Shown here: positions 1-10,489 of the stretch, piece after piece
Layout: every line of letters begins with the position of its first letter
Numbering within the stretch: position 1 is the stretch's first letter
DNA from: a bacterium
GTDB lineage: Bacteria; SM23-31
NCBI GenBank assembly: GCA_965249485.1
Contig: OZ252239.1
Coordinates: forward strand, 224,001-288,000
Direction of reading: 5' to 3'
DNA: 64,000 nt
Notes under the pieces: model-generated
What the model was told of the DNA's origin: nothing
What the model saw: the letters and a program-made list of their open reading frames with translations, nothing else
Databases searched by the model: none
Made by a program: the position numbers and the translations under genes

Positions 1-358
1 GTTCGGGGAAAGTTTCTGAACGACCTTTAAAAGCTTTTGCTACGCGTTGTGCAATTTCTAAACTGCCGGTAATACGGTTTATTCCGTCAATCAGTAAAAA
101 TGATCCTTCAACTGATAGTGATTTCAGGTCATTTGAGCAGTCCGCCAGACCGGAAAGCGGAAACCGAACTCCTGTCTCTATTGCATCTCTGCATTCCGAA
201 TTTATACAAAGCAGATATTCAATATGCTGTATATCTTCCTGAGGTTTGAGCTGTTGAATCGCCTGCTCTCCAAGATCGGAAAACGTATAATGCCCGAGAG
301 CAGAGACAATTTTATCCCATTCCAGTTCAGCATATGAGCATTGGTTATTGTGAAGCAT
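1..358 (-). CDS. mutS2: Endonuclease MutS2, N-terminal part (runs off window start)
   Basis: Manual translation from ATG at 358: MLHNNQCSYAELEWDKIVSALGHYTFSDLGEQAIQQLKP..., open to the window edge. The LEWDKI...S.LG pattern matches MutS2 N-termini, and cvpA lies immediately upstream. Confidence 0.75.
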   Translation of the reverse strand, partial: MLHNNQCSYAELEWDKIVSALGHYTFSDLGEQAIQQLKPQEDIQHIEYLLCINSECRDAIETGVRFPLSGLADCSNDLKSLSVEGSFLLIDGINRITGSLEIAQRVAKAFKGRSETFPE

Positions 359-392
359 TGTGAGTACCCGGAAGTAATAAACGTGATGGTAA

Positions 393-1076
393 TTAGAGGG
401 GATGAGAAACGTGATACAAAATTTCAGGCACACATTTGTTTGTGTTGTCAATATTTAGTTTGCCGGTGTCATTAAAAGCAAACAGGGTACTTGCACAATT
501 ATGTAGTATGCCCCGTTCAGTATGTGATATATTGACCGTATCCAGTATATCGCCGTTGATAATATCTTCCACTATTTCCTGAAATGATTTCGCAGATGGT
601 TTCAAAATGACGATATTATCATATATTGCAGGAAAGAAATTAAGTGCGTAGGGATAGAGGAGCGCGTTCTCTCTTTCGGGAAGCAGCCTGTCAGAAAACG
701 GAATAAATGTCAACACGTTAAGGAGTCCACTGATAATAAGCCCCCCGATACAAAAACCGAATACCCCGCCTCCGATCCGGTCGATCCAGCGTGTTGATGT
801 AATCGTGAACAATTTCAGGATAACATTTGTGATCCCTCTGCATACGAGAAGGACAAAAAAGAATATGAGAATGAAATTGACGATATAACCAAACCCTTTC
901 GGCATACCGGTCAGGTCTTGTAATATCCCGGAAAACAGGCTCATTAAGCCGGTAGCAGTTATGAGTGCCAGAATAAATCCTGCAATCCCCATAAACATTG
1001 TGACGATGCCTTTTCTGACACCGAGAACGACAAAATAGACTACAACCACGGCTATAATAATATCTAAGTAGTTCAT
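393..1076 (-). CDS. cvpA: CvpA family (colicin V production) membrane protein
   Basis: MNYLDIII...GVRKG and WIDRIGGGVFG motifs; 4 hydrophobic segments. Confidence 0.85.
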   Translation of the reverse strand: MNYLDIIIAVVVVYFVVLGVRKGIVTMFMGIAGFILALITATGLMSLFSGILQDLTGMPKGFGYIVNFILIFFFVLLVCRGITNVILKLFTITSTRWIDRIGGGVFGFCIGGLIISGLLNVLTFIPFSDRLLPERENALLYPYALNFFPAIYDNIVILKPSAKSFQEIVEDIINGDILDTVNISHTERGILHNCASTLFAFNDTGKLNIDNTNKCVPEILYHVSHPL

Positions 1077-1155
1077 AAATTATTTTGTAAACAAAAAATC
1101 GCGCAAATGTATAATACATCTAACGCGATTCGATAGTAAAAATCATTTTATTTTA

Positions 1156-1356
1156 TTAGGCATCGAAAGATTCTAATTGAATTTTCCTCATTTTCCTCTT
1201 CGCTGCATTCATTTTCCGTTTCCGTTTTTCGCTTGGCTTTTCAAAATGCTGATGTTTTCGTATTTCTGACATCAGTCCGGACTTTTCACACGACTTCACA
1301 AACCGTCTGTACGCACGTTCAAAAGATTCTCCGTCCCGAACTTTAACTGAAGGCAT
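1156..1356 (-). CDS. rpsU: 30S ribosomal protein S21
   Basis: MPSVKVRDGESFERAYRRF...FEKPSEKRKRK; AGGAG Shine-Dalgarno upstream. Confidence 0.97.
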   Translation of the reverse strand: MPSVKVRDGESFERAYRRFVKSCEKSGLMSEIRKHQHFEKPSEKRKRKMNAAKRKMRKIQLESFDA

Positions 1357-1636
1357 AAAGTAAACACTCTCCTTTCATAAGTTATGAATAAAACAGTCGA
1401 ACAATATAATAAATTAATTGTCTTATAGCAAGATATTTTGCCGTTCCGTTTTGTTTCGCGACAGTTCTTCAAGACTATTATTCGGCATGTTCAGAGGAAT
1501 TGTACAGATACTCTGACGTGCAGGAATAATAAAAATATTTCTTGATAATAACAGTGCTATCACCTACACTGAAAATGACGTTTCCTCATTTACTGATTAT
1601 ATTATTCACCGTACCATTTAGTTCATTGGAGATAGT

Positions 1637-2560
1637 GTGGATAGTCATATTATCCTCAAAAACCTGTTTATCGTCATCACATCCCTTGCCTTTTTCATGG
1701 GTGCTTTTTTCCGCAAAAGAGCTGACCGGAAAGGCGGTATAATTCAGACTGGCAGTCAGGGCTCCGGTTTATTCACGGTCATACGGATTTTCAGTTTTCT
1801 CTTTTTTCTCAGTGCGTTTCTGATTTATATTGTGCATGAACAATGGATTTCATTTGCGGCATTCCACGTTCCGGACACGTTCCGTATTGCGAGCGCTTTA
1901 GTTGCGGGATTTGTTTGTATTCCTTTTTTGTTCTGGACATTTTTCTCTCTCGGTACCAATATCACCGGAACACCGTTCACACGGGATGGCCATAACCTGA
2001 TAACAACCGGACCCTACAACTTAGTCCGGCATCCGCTGTACGCTATCGGTTTCGTCTGGATCCCTACCCTCATTATCTTTGCCGAAAACTGGCTCATGTT
2101 TATCCCGTTTATTGCCGTCTATCCGTTTATCATAAACCGTATTAAAATTGAAGAGCAGAACCTGATTGAATCATTCGGTGATGCTTATTTACGCTATATG
2201 AAAACGACCGGAAAATTGTTTCCCCGGTTGTTTTCATCCAAAAAAGTAAGATGCTTACCCCCCTCAGCGCCTTCTCGGCTGAGGATAATACTCTCCCCGC
2301 AAAGTGACGTTAGGATCGGCATCGAGCTTCAGCATTTCCTCTTTATTTGCTACATTATACGCAACTCCGTAACCAAACTGTGCTACTCGTGCCAGTTTTT
2401 CATAATCAATTTTATCGTAGGTATCGGACGGCTGGTGATAGTCCTCGTGAACATCCGTGAAGAAAAACGTACTGGGAATCCCATATTGCGCGTACATATA
2501 ATGATCGCTTCTGAAGTAGAATTGATTCGGATCGTCCGGTGCGTCGTACGTATAATCTAA
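1637..2560 (+). CDS. Isoprenylcysteine carboxylmethyltransferase (ICMT/PEMT) family protein; true end probably ~2249
   Basis: HNLITTGPYNLVRHPLY and EEQNLIESFGDAYLRYMKTTGKLFP motifs. The last ~100 aa overlap the convergent M28 gene and look like readthrough. Confidence 0.8.
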   Translation: MDSHIILKNLFIVITSLAFFMGAFFRKRADRKGGIIQTGSQGSGLFTVIRIFSFLFFLSAFLIYIVHEQWISFAAFHVPDTFRIASALVAGFVCIPFLFWTFFSLGTNITGTPFTRDGHNLITTGPYNLVRHPLYAIGFVWIPTLIIFAENWLMFIPFIAVYPFIINRIKIEEQNLIESFGDAYLRYMKTTGKLFPRLFSSKKVRCLPPSAPSRLRIILSPQSDVRIGIELQHFLFICYIIRNSVTKLCYSCQFFIINFIVGIGRLVIVLVNIREEKRTGNPILRVHIMIASEVELIRIVRCVVRII

Positions 2561-3922
2561 ATTCATACCAATGTATGATTTATTTACATTTTGAACTATC
2601 GAATTGAGTTCTGTGCTGATCCTACCCGCTCCAATGATAAAAACCTGTTCAGGATCATTTCTGCCAACCATATCGATATTGACATGCGCACTCACTTTTT
2701 CCAGCGGTATCGGTGGATTGGCAGTAAAATACCGTGACCCCTGCAATCCCTTTTCTTCTCCTGTATGCCACACAAAAATTACCGATCGACGCGGGGGATT
2801 GAGTGCCATGGCCTGTGCTATTTCGAGGAGTGCAACTGTCCCCGATCCATCGTCATCCGCCCCGTTCCATATTTGCCCCTGCCGTGTTCCCACATGGTCG
2901 TAATGTGCTCCAAGCAAAACATATTCATCTTTGAGAGCAGGATCGCTCCCTTCGACTACGGCAGCAACATTCTGTGTGTTTCCCTGACGGATTATCGGTA
3001 CAAATGAAATCGTTAGTGATTTGTCAGGAATCTCATTTGTCTGCACCTGTTCTCCCCGTTCAATTTGCGTAAAAAGTTCTTTAAGTTCTCTCTCCGTTAC
3101 ACCGAGAATTGCTGAGGCAGTCTCATGGCGGAGTTCTCCGGTAAAGTAGGGTGATTCCATCGGTCCGGGCTCTGTGGTGCTGCCACTGGAATCCGAATCG
3201 GTATCAGCTTCGCTGGATTCACGCTCAGGAAAGATACCGCGCTCAACATTATCAAATGTATACCCTTTCAATTCCATGTCGCGTTCTCGGGTTTCATTTA
3301 TGACGGTTAAAACACCCGCTGCACCTCTTTGACGTGGAGCAATTGTCCGGCTTCTGATACGCTGCCTATTTTCAGTCGTGTTGAGAACATGGTCTGGCGG
3401 CAGTTCAGCATCGAGCAGAATGACAATTTTTCCCGTCAGGTCAATCGTACCGTAATCGTCCCATTCATTTTCCGGATCGGATATTCCATAACCTAGAAAT
3501 ACTACATTCCCCGTATATGAACCTTCATCTGATCGCCTTCCGATTCCGAACATTTCAGGGAAACTAAATACCCGGTCGCTCCCATCACTGCTCAGTGATA
3601 CGTGTGTTCTCTTTTCATCATATGACACAATTGGGATATCGATCAATTGAAAATATGATCCGTTTGGCATGAGTGGTTTCAAGCCGAAACTTGCTGCACG
3701 TGTCGCAAGATATCGAGCTGCAATCTTGAGCTCCGGAGAAGGTGCATTCCTCCCTTTGAGCTCGTCTGATGCAATGAATGACAAATGTGTTTTCAATTCG
3801 TGTGCCGTGATCGATTCCGCGGCGTCAGTCTGTGAATAGACTGGACAGATTGAGCCGATAAGAATAACTACTGCTGAAATTGTTGATAACCAAGTCCGTA
3901 GTACCATGATGAATCCTTCCAA
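2264..3922 (-). CDS. Secreted M28 family metallopeptidase with PA domain
   Basis: Signal peptide; GAHYDH, NGADDDGSG, GEEKGL, NIDMVGR, RSDH and YHQPSD motifs. Confidence 0.9.
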   Translation of the reverse strand: MEGFIMVLRTWLSTISAVVILIGSICPVYSQTDAAESITAHELKTHLSFIASDELKGRNAPSPELKIAARYLATRAASFGLKPLMPNGSYFQLIDIPIVSYDEKRTHVSLSSDGSDRVFSFPEMFGIGRRSDEGSYTGNVVFLGYGISDPENEWDDYGTIDLTGKIVILLDAELPPDHVLNTTENRQRIRSRTIAPRQRGAAGVLTVINETRERDMELKGYTFDNVERGIFPERESSEADTDSDSSGSTTEPGPMESPYFTGELRHETASAILGVTERELKELFTQIERGEQVQTNEIPDKSLTISFVPIIRQGNTQNVAAVVEGSDPALKDEYVLLGAHYDHVGTRQGQIWNGADDDGSGTVALLEIAQAMALNPPRRSVIFVWHTGEEKGLQGSRYFTANPPIPLEKVSAHVNIDMVGRNDPEQVFIIGAGRISTELNSIVQNVNKSYIGMNLDYTYDAPDDPNQFYFRSDHYMYAQYGIPSTFFFTDVHEDYHQPSDTYDKIDYEKLARVAQFGYGVAYNVANKEEMLKLDADPNVTLRGEYYPQPRRR

Positions 3923-4029
3923 TCAATAAACTGGTGGAACAAGCACTATGTAAAAGCTCAACACAGTGACAACACATGATGATTGCAATTTCTGTGGAGA
4001 TAAATTTTAAGACGGGAGAAAGGGGAACG

Positions 4030-5862
4030 TTACTCCACGGTCACACTTTTGGCTAGATTTCGCGGCTGATCAACATTGCATCCTCTCTGAACAGCAATAT
4101 AATACGCAAGCAATTGTAACGGGACAACCGCAAGGATAGGTGTCAGATAATTCAGTGTTTCAGGGATTAAGATTGCGTGATCGACTTTATCCGCGAGATC
4201 GGTATCCCCTTTAGTACCGATTCCAATAACAATTCCTTTTCTCGCTTTGACTTCTTCAATGTTGCTTAAAATCTTAAAGTAGGTCGGATCGTCTTTCAAT
4301 GCTATAAAGACAACGGGCATCGACTCATCAATGAGCGCAATCGGTCCGTGTTTCATTTCCGCAGCAGGATACCCTTCCGCATGTATGTAGGATATCTCTT
4401 TCAGTTTCAAAGCACCTTCGAGTGCTATCGGGAAATTGTACCCCCGTCCAAGATAGAGAAAATTGTGAATATGGGCAAATTCTTTTGCTAAGTGCTCAAG
4501 AGACCGGCTGTCGTCGAGGATTTGTTGCAATTTTCCGGGCAGTTCAAGAAGTCCGGCAAAAATTTTTTTCCGCTCCGCTTCCTGCATACCACGGAGGCTT
4601 CCGAGATAGACAGCCAGCAGAGTCAGGACGGCAACCTGCGACGTAAACGCTTTTGTGGAAGCAACGCCAATTTCGGGTCCGGCATGAATAAAAATTCCGG
4701 CATCAGTTTCACGGGCTATCGTACTGCCGACAGCGTTACAGATTCCGAGAATGAGTGGATCCCTTTTTCTGGCTTCCCGGACTGCCGCCTGTGTATCGGC
4801 TGTTTCTCCCGATTGGCTGATAGCGATGACAATATCGTCTTTATCAAGTACTGGCTGTCGGTACCGGAATTCCGATGCATATTCAACTTCAACAGGGATT
4901 CTGGCAAACTCCTCGATCAGATACTCTCCCACAAGCGCGGCATGCCATGAAGTTCCACATCCGGTTATAACCACACGCCGGGCATTTTTAAGCCGATCCT
5001 CCACATCATCGAGTCCGCCGAATTTGACCGAACCACTCTCGAGCAAAACTCTTCCCCGCAGTGCGTCGCTGATTGTATCGGGCTGCTCGTGAATTTCTTT
5101 AAGCATGTAATGGGGATACCCGCCCTTTTCCACATTATTCAGATCGAATAAAACTGTTTCATGCTCTCTGATAATAACAGAGTTCTCCAGAGATTTGATT
5201 TCAACATCATCTGTCGTTACCAGTGCAATATCTCCATCCTGAAGCGGCAAAATATTTTTTGTATATTTCAGAAACGCCGCAACATCGGAAGCAACAAAAT
5301 TTTCATTTTTTCCGAGTCCGACAATCATAGGACTACCGTTCCGGGCTGCTATGAGAGTATTGGGATGGTCCTGTGATAACACTACCAATCCATAAGCACC
5401 CCACATATCCCACAGTGTCAGACGGACAGCTTCAAATAGATCTCCATCATAGTATGATTCAATCAGGTGGACAATGACCTCGGAGTCTGTCTCCGATTCA
5501 AAGGTGTGACCCTGCTCAATGAGCCTTTTTTTTAACGAGGAAAAATTTTCAATAATACCATTGTGTGCAACAGCAAACCGGGCTTCACATCCGGCGAAAG
5601 GGTGCGCATTCACCTCTGATGGTTCTCCATGTGTGGCCCACCTGGTATGGCCGATGCCAACACCATTGAACTCATCGGGAGGGATAGGAAATTTTTTAAA
5701 TTCGGAAATCTTTCCCGGTCTCTTATGGACAAAGAGATTTTTTGTACGGTCTAAGAGTGCTATGCCTACAGAATCGTATCCTCGATATTCCATCCGTTTG
5801 AGACCCTGGAGAATCACACTCGAAGCTTTCTTAGAGCCTATGTAACCTATTATTCCACACAT
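4030..5862 (-). CDS. glmS: Glutamine--fructose-6-phosphate transaminase (isomerizing)
   Basis: N-terminal MCGIIG, GHTRWATHG, SQSGETADT, C-terminal PRNLAKSVTVE. Confidence 0.98.
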   Translation of the reverse strand: MCGIIGYIGSKKASSVILQGLKRMEYRGYDSVGIALLDRTKNLFVHKRPGKISEFKKFPIPPDEFNGVGIGHTRWATHGEPSEVNAHPFAGCEARFAVAHNGIIENFSSLKKRLIEQGHTFESETDSEVIVHLIESYYDGDLFEAVRLTLWDMWGAYGLVVLSQDHPNTLIAARNGSPMIVGLGKNENFVASDVAAFLKYTKNILPLQDGDIALVTTDDVEIKSLENSVIIREHETVLFDLNNVEKGGYPHYMLKEIHEQPDTISDALRGRVLLESGSVKFGGLDDVEDRLKNARRVVITGCGTSWHAALVGEYLIEEFARIPVEVEYASEFRYRQPVLDKDDIVIAISQSGETADTQAAVREARKRDPLILGICNAVGSTIARETDAGIFIHAGPEIGVASTKAFTSQVAVLTLLAVYLGSLRGMQEAERKKIFAGLLELPGKLQQILDDSRSLEHLAKEFAHIHNFLYLGRGYNFPIALEGALKLKEISYIHAEGYPAAEMKHGPIALIDESMPVVFIALKDDPTYFKILSNIEEVKARKGIVIGIGTKGDTDLADKVDHAILIPETLNYLTPILAVVPLQLLAYYIAVQRGCNVDQPRNLAKSVTVE

Positions 5863-6092
5863 ATATTAATTCCGTTAGAACCTGCTGGTACGCAGCATTT
5901 TCGAGAGCATTTCACTTAAAAATAAACAGCCAAATATAGCGATATAATCGTTCAAATGCAAACACCATTCAAAGTTGACAAAGCTCTTGCTGACGGCAAT
6001 TCATTTATTGATTTTCATACGGCAAAATGGTATATTTGAATGACTTTTTGAATGTATTGCTGTGCCGTAACGTAAAATATTACATTAATTTT

Positions 6093-6223
6093 GAGATTTC
6101 TCTGCTCCGTCCCAAGTAACACTTTCGGGACTTCAGTCGAAAGGACATTTTGAATTATTAAATTGAATAATTCATTACCGTCATTGCGAGGAATCTCGAA
6201 TCTTCGGGGCGACGTGGCAATCT
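6093..6223. repeat. Pair of oppositely oriented REP-like palindromic elements flanking an AT-rich inverted repeat
   Basis: 6093-6147 on the minus strand reads TGTCCTTTCGAC...GAGAAATCTC. 6180-6223 reads GTCATTGCGAG...GACGTGGCAATCT. Central inverted repeat TGAATTATT-N6-AATAATTCA at 6151-6174. Confidence 0.55.
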
Positions 6224-6305
6224 TTCAATTTTCATTACGTAAACTGTATACACATGGGTAAAACAAAACAAGCTATCCGCTTGGATATATTCGGAGTCAT
6301 ACCCA

Positions 6306-7430
6306 ATGCTTAGAGATGAATATGAACACGGCAGAAATGTCACCCTGATTGGTATCGCTGGAAATATATTCGTCACTGTTGTTGAGTTTTATCTCGGTAT
6401 AATCGGACGCAGTGCTGCACTTGTTGCAGATGCCCTCCATTCACTTTCAGATGTCGGCGCAACAATCGCCGTTCTCTTCGGTCTAAAATATTCTTCCCTC
6501 CCCGAGGACAAAAACCACCCCTATGGTCATGGTAAAATCGAATCGGTCATTGCTCTGTTTCTCGGGATTATTCTCGGTGTGACGGGAATTTATCTCATTT
6601 ATAGTAATATTGACAAGATCTACAACCGCACGTTTCTCATTCCGGAATGGTATACCCTCGGTGCTGCTTTACTCACCATTGTTGTGAAAGAATGGATGTT
6701 TCATTACACCATCAAAGCCGGGAAAAAACTGAACAGCCCTTCAATCAGTGCGAATGCATATCACCACCGGTCCGATGTATTTACGTCGATTGGTGTATTT
6801 TTCGGCATTCTCGGTGCATATCTTGGATTTCCGATTCTCGACCCGGTTGCTGCCCTTATCGTAGCGGTATTTATAATCCGGATGGCATTCACCATCTCAA
6901 AAGACGCTCTCTGGGACCTGACAGATGTGACAATTTCCGACGAGCTTTGTATGGAAATTGAAAAAGTCACAGAAAAATGGAATTCCGAATATCATGTTAT
7001 CGATGTTATCGGCAGACGGATGGGTACCCGCTATCATGTAGATCTTAAAATTAAGATTGAGCCATATATAGCGGCAATTGACGGTGTGGCCGATTTAAGG
7101 GCGCGTGAAAAGCAAATCAAAAAGAAAATCCCTGTAATACAGGGAGTTGACATTAAGGGGATTGTGGATTCGAAGCAGGCAGAAAACAGCGAAAGTATCT
7201 TTAAGGACCATGTCAATACAATTCTCAGTAAATATGAGAGCCACTACCGTGCAATTAAATCGTTAGAATTCCATTTCCTGCCGAACCAGGTCGAAGCCCA
7301 CTTCAATATGATTGTCGATCCTGCTATGTCGGTAGGTGAAGCTCACGACATCACTAACATGATCGAAAAGGACATATTGAGAAAATTCGATCACGCCCAG
7401 GTTATTATTCATGTTGAACCTGATGAGTAA
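6306..7430 (+). CDS. Cation diffusion facilitator (FieF-like) with duplicated C-terminal domain
   Basis: ALVADALHSLSD, HPYGHGKIE, AYHHRSD motifs; 6 TM; two tandem ZT_dimer-like C-terminal domains. Confidence 0.9.
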   Translation: MLRDEYEHGRNVTLIGIAGNIFVTVVEFYLGIIGRSAALVADALHSLSDVGATIAVLFGLKYSSLPEDKNHPYGHGKIESVIALFLGIILGVTGIYLIYSNIDKIYNRTFLIPEWYTLGAALLTIVVKEWMFHYTIKAGKKLNSPSISANAYHHRSDVFTSIGVFFGILGAYLGFPILDPVAALIVAVFIIRMAFTISKDALWDLTDVTISDELCMEIEKVTEKWNSEYHVIDVIGRRMGTRYHVDLKIKIEPYIAAIDGVADLRAREKQIKKKIPVIQGVDIKGIVDSKQAENSESIFKDHVNTILSKYESHYRAIKSLEFHFLPNQVEAHFNMIVDPAMSVGEAHDITNMIEKDILRKFDHAQVIIHVEPDE

Positions 7431-7442
7431 GCTTATAAACAC

Positions 7443-8882
7443 TTAGAAAAGACTTACTGAAGCGAGTGCTAAGACGAAGGATGGGTAGAGACCAAGCAGA
7501 AAAATTCCAATTACCGAGATAGTCAATGCCATTGAATCAGATAGCCGGAATCCATAATCAGAAAAATCAGATTCCGGTTCACGCATATACATGACAAGAA
7601 CAATACGCAGATAGTAATAAACACTGACGACCGCATTCAACGCACCCAGGACTGCCAGACCCGTGAGACCGGCATCGACTGCGGCACGGAAGATGTAGAA
7701 CTTTCCGAAAAATCCTGCTGTCGGCGGTATACCTGCCAAAGCAAACATAAATACCGCCATTGCAGCAGCAATCAACGGGCGCTTAAATCCCAGTCCTGAG
7801 AATCCGGAAACGGTATGGATGTGCTTTTCATCCGATTCAAAATAAGAAATAATTCCGAATGCTCCGATATTCATAAATGTATAGGTTGCAAGATAGTAAA
7901 TGACTGCCGATACTGCTTCATCCGTGCCTGCTGCGAATCCGACGAGAATGTACCCTGCATGTGCAATGCTTGAGTAAGCAAGCATCCTTTTAATGTTGTC
8001 TTGTGCAAGCGCAATAATATTACCAATCGTCATTGTCAGGACAGCGAGCACCCAAAACATATCCTGCCAGTTCAGGAAATAGGTTCCCACAGCATAGTAG
8101 AATATTCGGATAAGAACAGCAAATCCCGCCGCTTTGACTCCGGTGGACATAAAGGCTGCAATCGGGGTTGGTGCACCTTCATACACATCGGGTGTCCACA
8201 TATGGAACGGTACCAGAGCAATTTTAAATCCTAATCCAACGATCATAAATGCCGCAGCTACAAATACATAGGTATTCGATTCTCCGATTCCGGCACTGAG
8301 AAACACGAGAATGAGTTCAAGGTTAGTCGACCCGGTCGCACCAAATAGGTATGCCATACCGTATAATAAAAAGCCTGATGCAAATGCGCCGATCAAAAAA
8401 TATTTAAATGCTGCTTCAAGCGAATAGGGATCTGTCCTTCGCGTTCCCGCGAGGATATAGAGGGCAATCGAAAGCGTTTCGACGCCGAGAAAAATCATCA
8501 TGAGATCGCCCGCCGATACCATGACCATCATCCCAAAAGTTGCAAAACAGATAAGTGCGCAGTATTCTCCCATGATTTGCTTGTGTGCTTTGAGAAAATC
8601 GAACGAAAGCATGAGAGCGAGGAATGCACTCAATAACAGAATAAAATTGAAGACCAGTGTGAAATTGTCCAGAATAACTGTACCCCCAAATCCCGTCTCA
8701 TCCATTCCCCAAAGAGTTACCGAGTAAAGAAATGTCAGAGCGATTCCCGCAAGTGTAAATGAGGTTAAGAGCCTGACAGATATTGAAAAAAGTCCTATCA
8801 GGAGAACTGAAAATCCGGTTCCGCCAATAAGCAGCAGGGCGCCAATTGTCGGCCAATTAAATGTTGGAGCTGAAAATTCCAT
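7443..8882 (-). CDS. nuoN: NADH-quinone oxidoreductase subunit N
   Basis: EAAFKYF, FKIALVPFHMWTPDVYEGAP, KRMLAYSSIAHAGY. Confidence 0.96.
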   Translation of the reverse strand: MEFSAPTFNWPTIGALLLIGGTGFSVLLIGLFSISVRLLTSFTLAGIALTFLYSVTLWGMDETGFGGTVILDNFTLVFNFILLLSAFLALMLSFDFLKAHKQIMGEYCALICFATFGMMVMVSAGDLMMIFLGVETLSIALYILAGTRRTDPYSLEAAFKYFLIGAFASGFLLYGMAYLFGATGSTNLELILVFLSAGIGESNTYVFVAAAFMIVGLGFKIALVPFHMWTPDVYEGAPTPIAAFMSTGVKAAGFAVLIRIFYYAVGTYFLNWQDMFWVLAVLTMTIGNIIALAQDNIKRMLAYSSIAHAGYILVGFAAGTDEAVSAVIYYLATYTFMNIGAFGIISYFESDEKHIHTVSGFSGLGFKRPLIAAAMAVFMFALAGIPPTAGFFGKFYIFRAAVDAGLTGLAVLGALNAVVSVYYYLRIVLVMYMREPESDFSDYGFRLSDSMALTISVIGIFLLGLYPSFVLALASVSLF

Positions 8883-10465
8883 TATCGAGATTCTGTTGTT
8901 TCCGGTTCTGTAACGAACCTGATTTCTTTATCGTTGTCGTCTATACCGGTCCACCTGATCGGTTCGCCATACTCAATATGCCTGACGAGCCGATAAACCG
9001 ACGCTTCTGTCTTATCGAGAAAAACTTTCGGATAAATACCGATCCAGACAATAAAGACAACGACCGGAATTATCACGCACAATTCACGTAATGAGAGATC
9101 TTGTAACGCCGCTAGTTTTGTATTTGTAAGCGGACCGAGCATAAACCGCTGATACCATCGCAATAAATATACTGCGGCAAGAATAACTCCTGTGGTCGCA
9201 AGTACGACATAAAGCCAGTGGATATAACCAGACTGGTATGCGCCAAACAGGATAAGAAATTCACCAATAAATCCATTCAATCCCGGCAATCCGAGCGATG
9301 AAAGAATGACAATCATCAAAATTGCCGCATAGACAGGTACTTGTTTAGCGATCCCACCGTAATCGGCAATCATTCGCGTATGCGTCCGCTCATAAATCAT
9401 TCCGACCATAAGAAAGAGTGCCCCGGTTGATAATCCGTGATTGACCATCTGGATAATACCTCCCTGAACGCCCTGCATATTCATTGCAAATAGTCCAAGC
9501 ATCACGAATCCGAGATGGCTTACTGACGAATATGCTACTAATTTTTTCATGTCGGGCTGGACAAGCGCAACCATTGCACCATAGATAATGCCGATAACCG
9601 AAAGGCTTGCAGCAAGCGGAATAAACTGCTGCGCAGCATCCGGGAACAACGGAAGACAAAAGCGGACATAACCATACGTCCCCATTTTCAAGAGCACTCC
9701 CGCAAGGATAACACTGCCGGCTGTCGGTGCCTCGACATGTGCGTCGGGCAGCCATGTGTGAAACGGAAACAGTGGTACTTTTATTGCGAACGCCAGAGCA
9801 AATGCGGCAAACAACCAGAACTGGATCTCCGGTGCAATCGGACTCTGCAAAATACGTTCAATACTGAAGGTGGTGATAGCTGTTGACTGATAAGTGTGGT
9901 ACGACAGAAAAAGGATAGAAACAAGCATGAGCACCGATCCAAACATAGTATAGATAAAAAATTTCACTGCTGCATAAATTCGGCGTTCTCCACCCCAGAC
10001 CCCGATAATAAAATACATCGGGATGAGCATCAATTCCCAGAATACATAAAAGAGAAAAAAGTCGAGCGATATGAACACACCGAGCATGCCGGTCTGAAGC
10101 AACAGGACAAAAAACATAAACTCTTTGACATGCTTTTCGATTGCCTGCCACGTCGAAAGAATAACAATGGGCGCCAGAAAGGTCGTCAACATAAAGAGCA
10201 GGATCGATATACCGTCAAGCCCGATGTTGTAGGAAATACCGAGTTTGGGTATCCACTCCATCCGATCGACAAATTGCATCGACGATATATTGCCGTTAAA
10301 ATTAATAAAAACCGGCAGTGAGAGGAAAAAATCGAGCAGGACTGTCCAGAATGCGACCTGGCGAATTGTCTGTTTCCGTTCAGACGGAATCAACAGAATG
10401 ATCACCGCAGCAGCAAGCGGGATAAAGGTGATAACAGATAAAATATGTGACCAGTAGAAATTCAT
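8882..10465 (-). CDS. nuoM: NADH-quinone oxidoreductase subunit M
   Basis: FYVFWELMLIPMY, KVPLFPFHTWLPDAHVEAP, KKLVAYSSVSH. Confidence 0.96.
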   Translation of the reverse strand: MNFYWSHILSVITFIPLAAAVIILLIPSERKQTIRQVAFWTVLLDFFLSLPVFINFNGNISSMQFVDRMEWIPKLGISYNIGLDGISILLFMLTTFLAPIVILSTWQAIEKHVKEFMFFVLLLQTGMLGVFISLDFFLFYVFWELMLIPMYFIIGVWGGERRIYAAVKFFIYTMFGSVLMLVSILFLSYHTYQSTAITTFSIERILQSPIAPEIQFWLFAAFALAFAIKVPLFPFHTWLPDAHVEAPTAGSVILAGVLLKMGTYGYVRFCLPLFPDAAQQFIPLAASLSVIGIIYGAMVALVQPDMKKLVAYSSVSHLGFVMLGLFAMNMQGVQGGIIQMVNHGLSTGALFLMVGMIYERTHTRMIADYGGIAKQVPVYAAILMIVILSSLGLPGLNGFIGEFLILFGAYQSGYIHWLYVVLATTGVILAAVYLLRWYQRFMLGPLTNTKLAALQDLSLRELCVIIPVVVFIVWIGIYPKVFLDKTEASVYRLVRHIEYGEPIRWTGIDDNDKEIRFVTEPETTESR

Positions 10466-10489
10466 AGAATAATCCGGGCTCTTTTCATC

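Noticed and set aside
1077..1155. No yqeY between rpsU and cvpA
   Set aside because: Gene-order variation at this locus is common; no remnant is visible.
5863..6090. glmS ribozyme upstream of glmS
   Set aside because: No AGCGCC/GACGAGG core recognisable on the minus strand.
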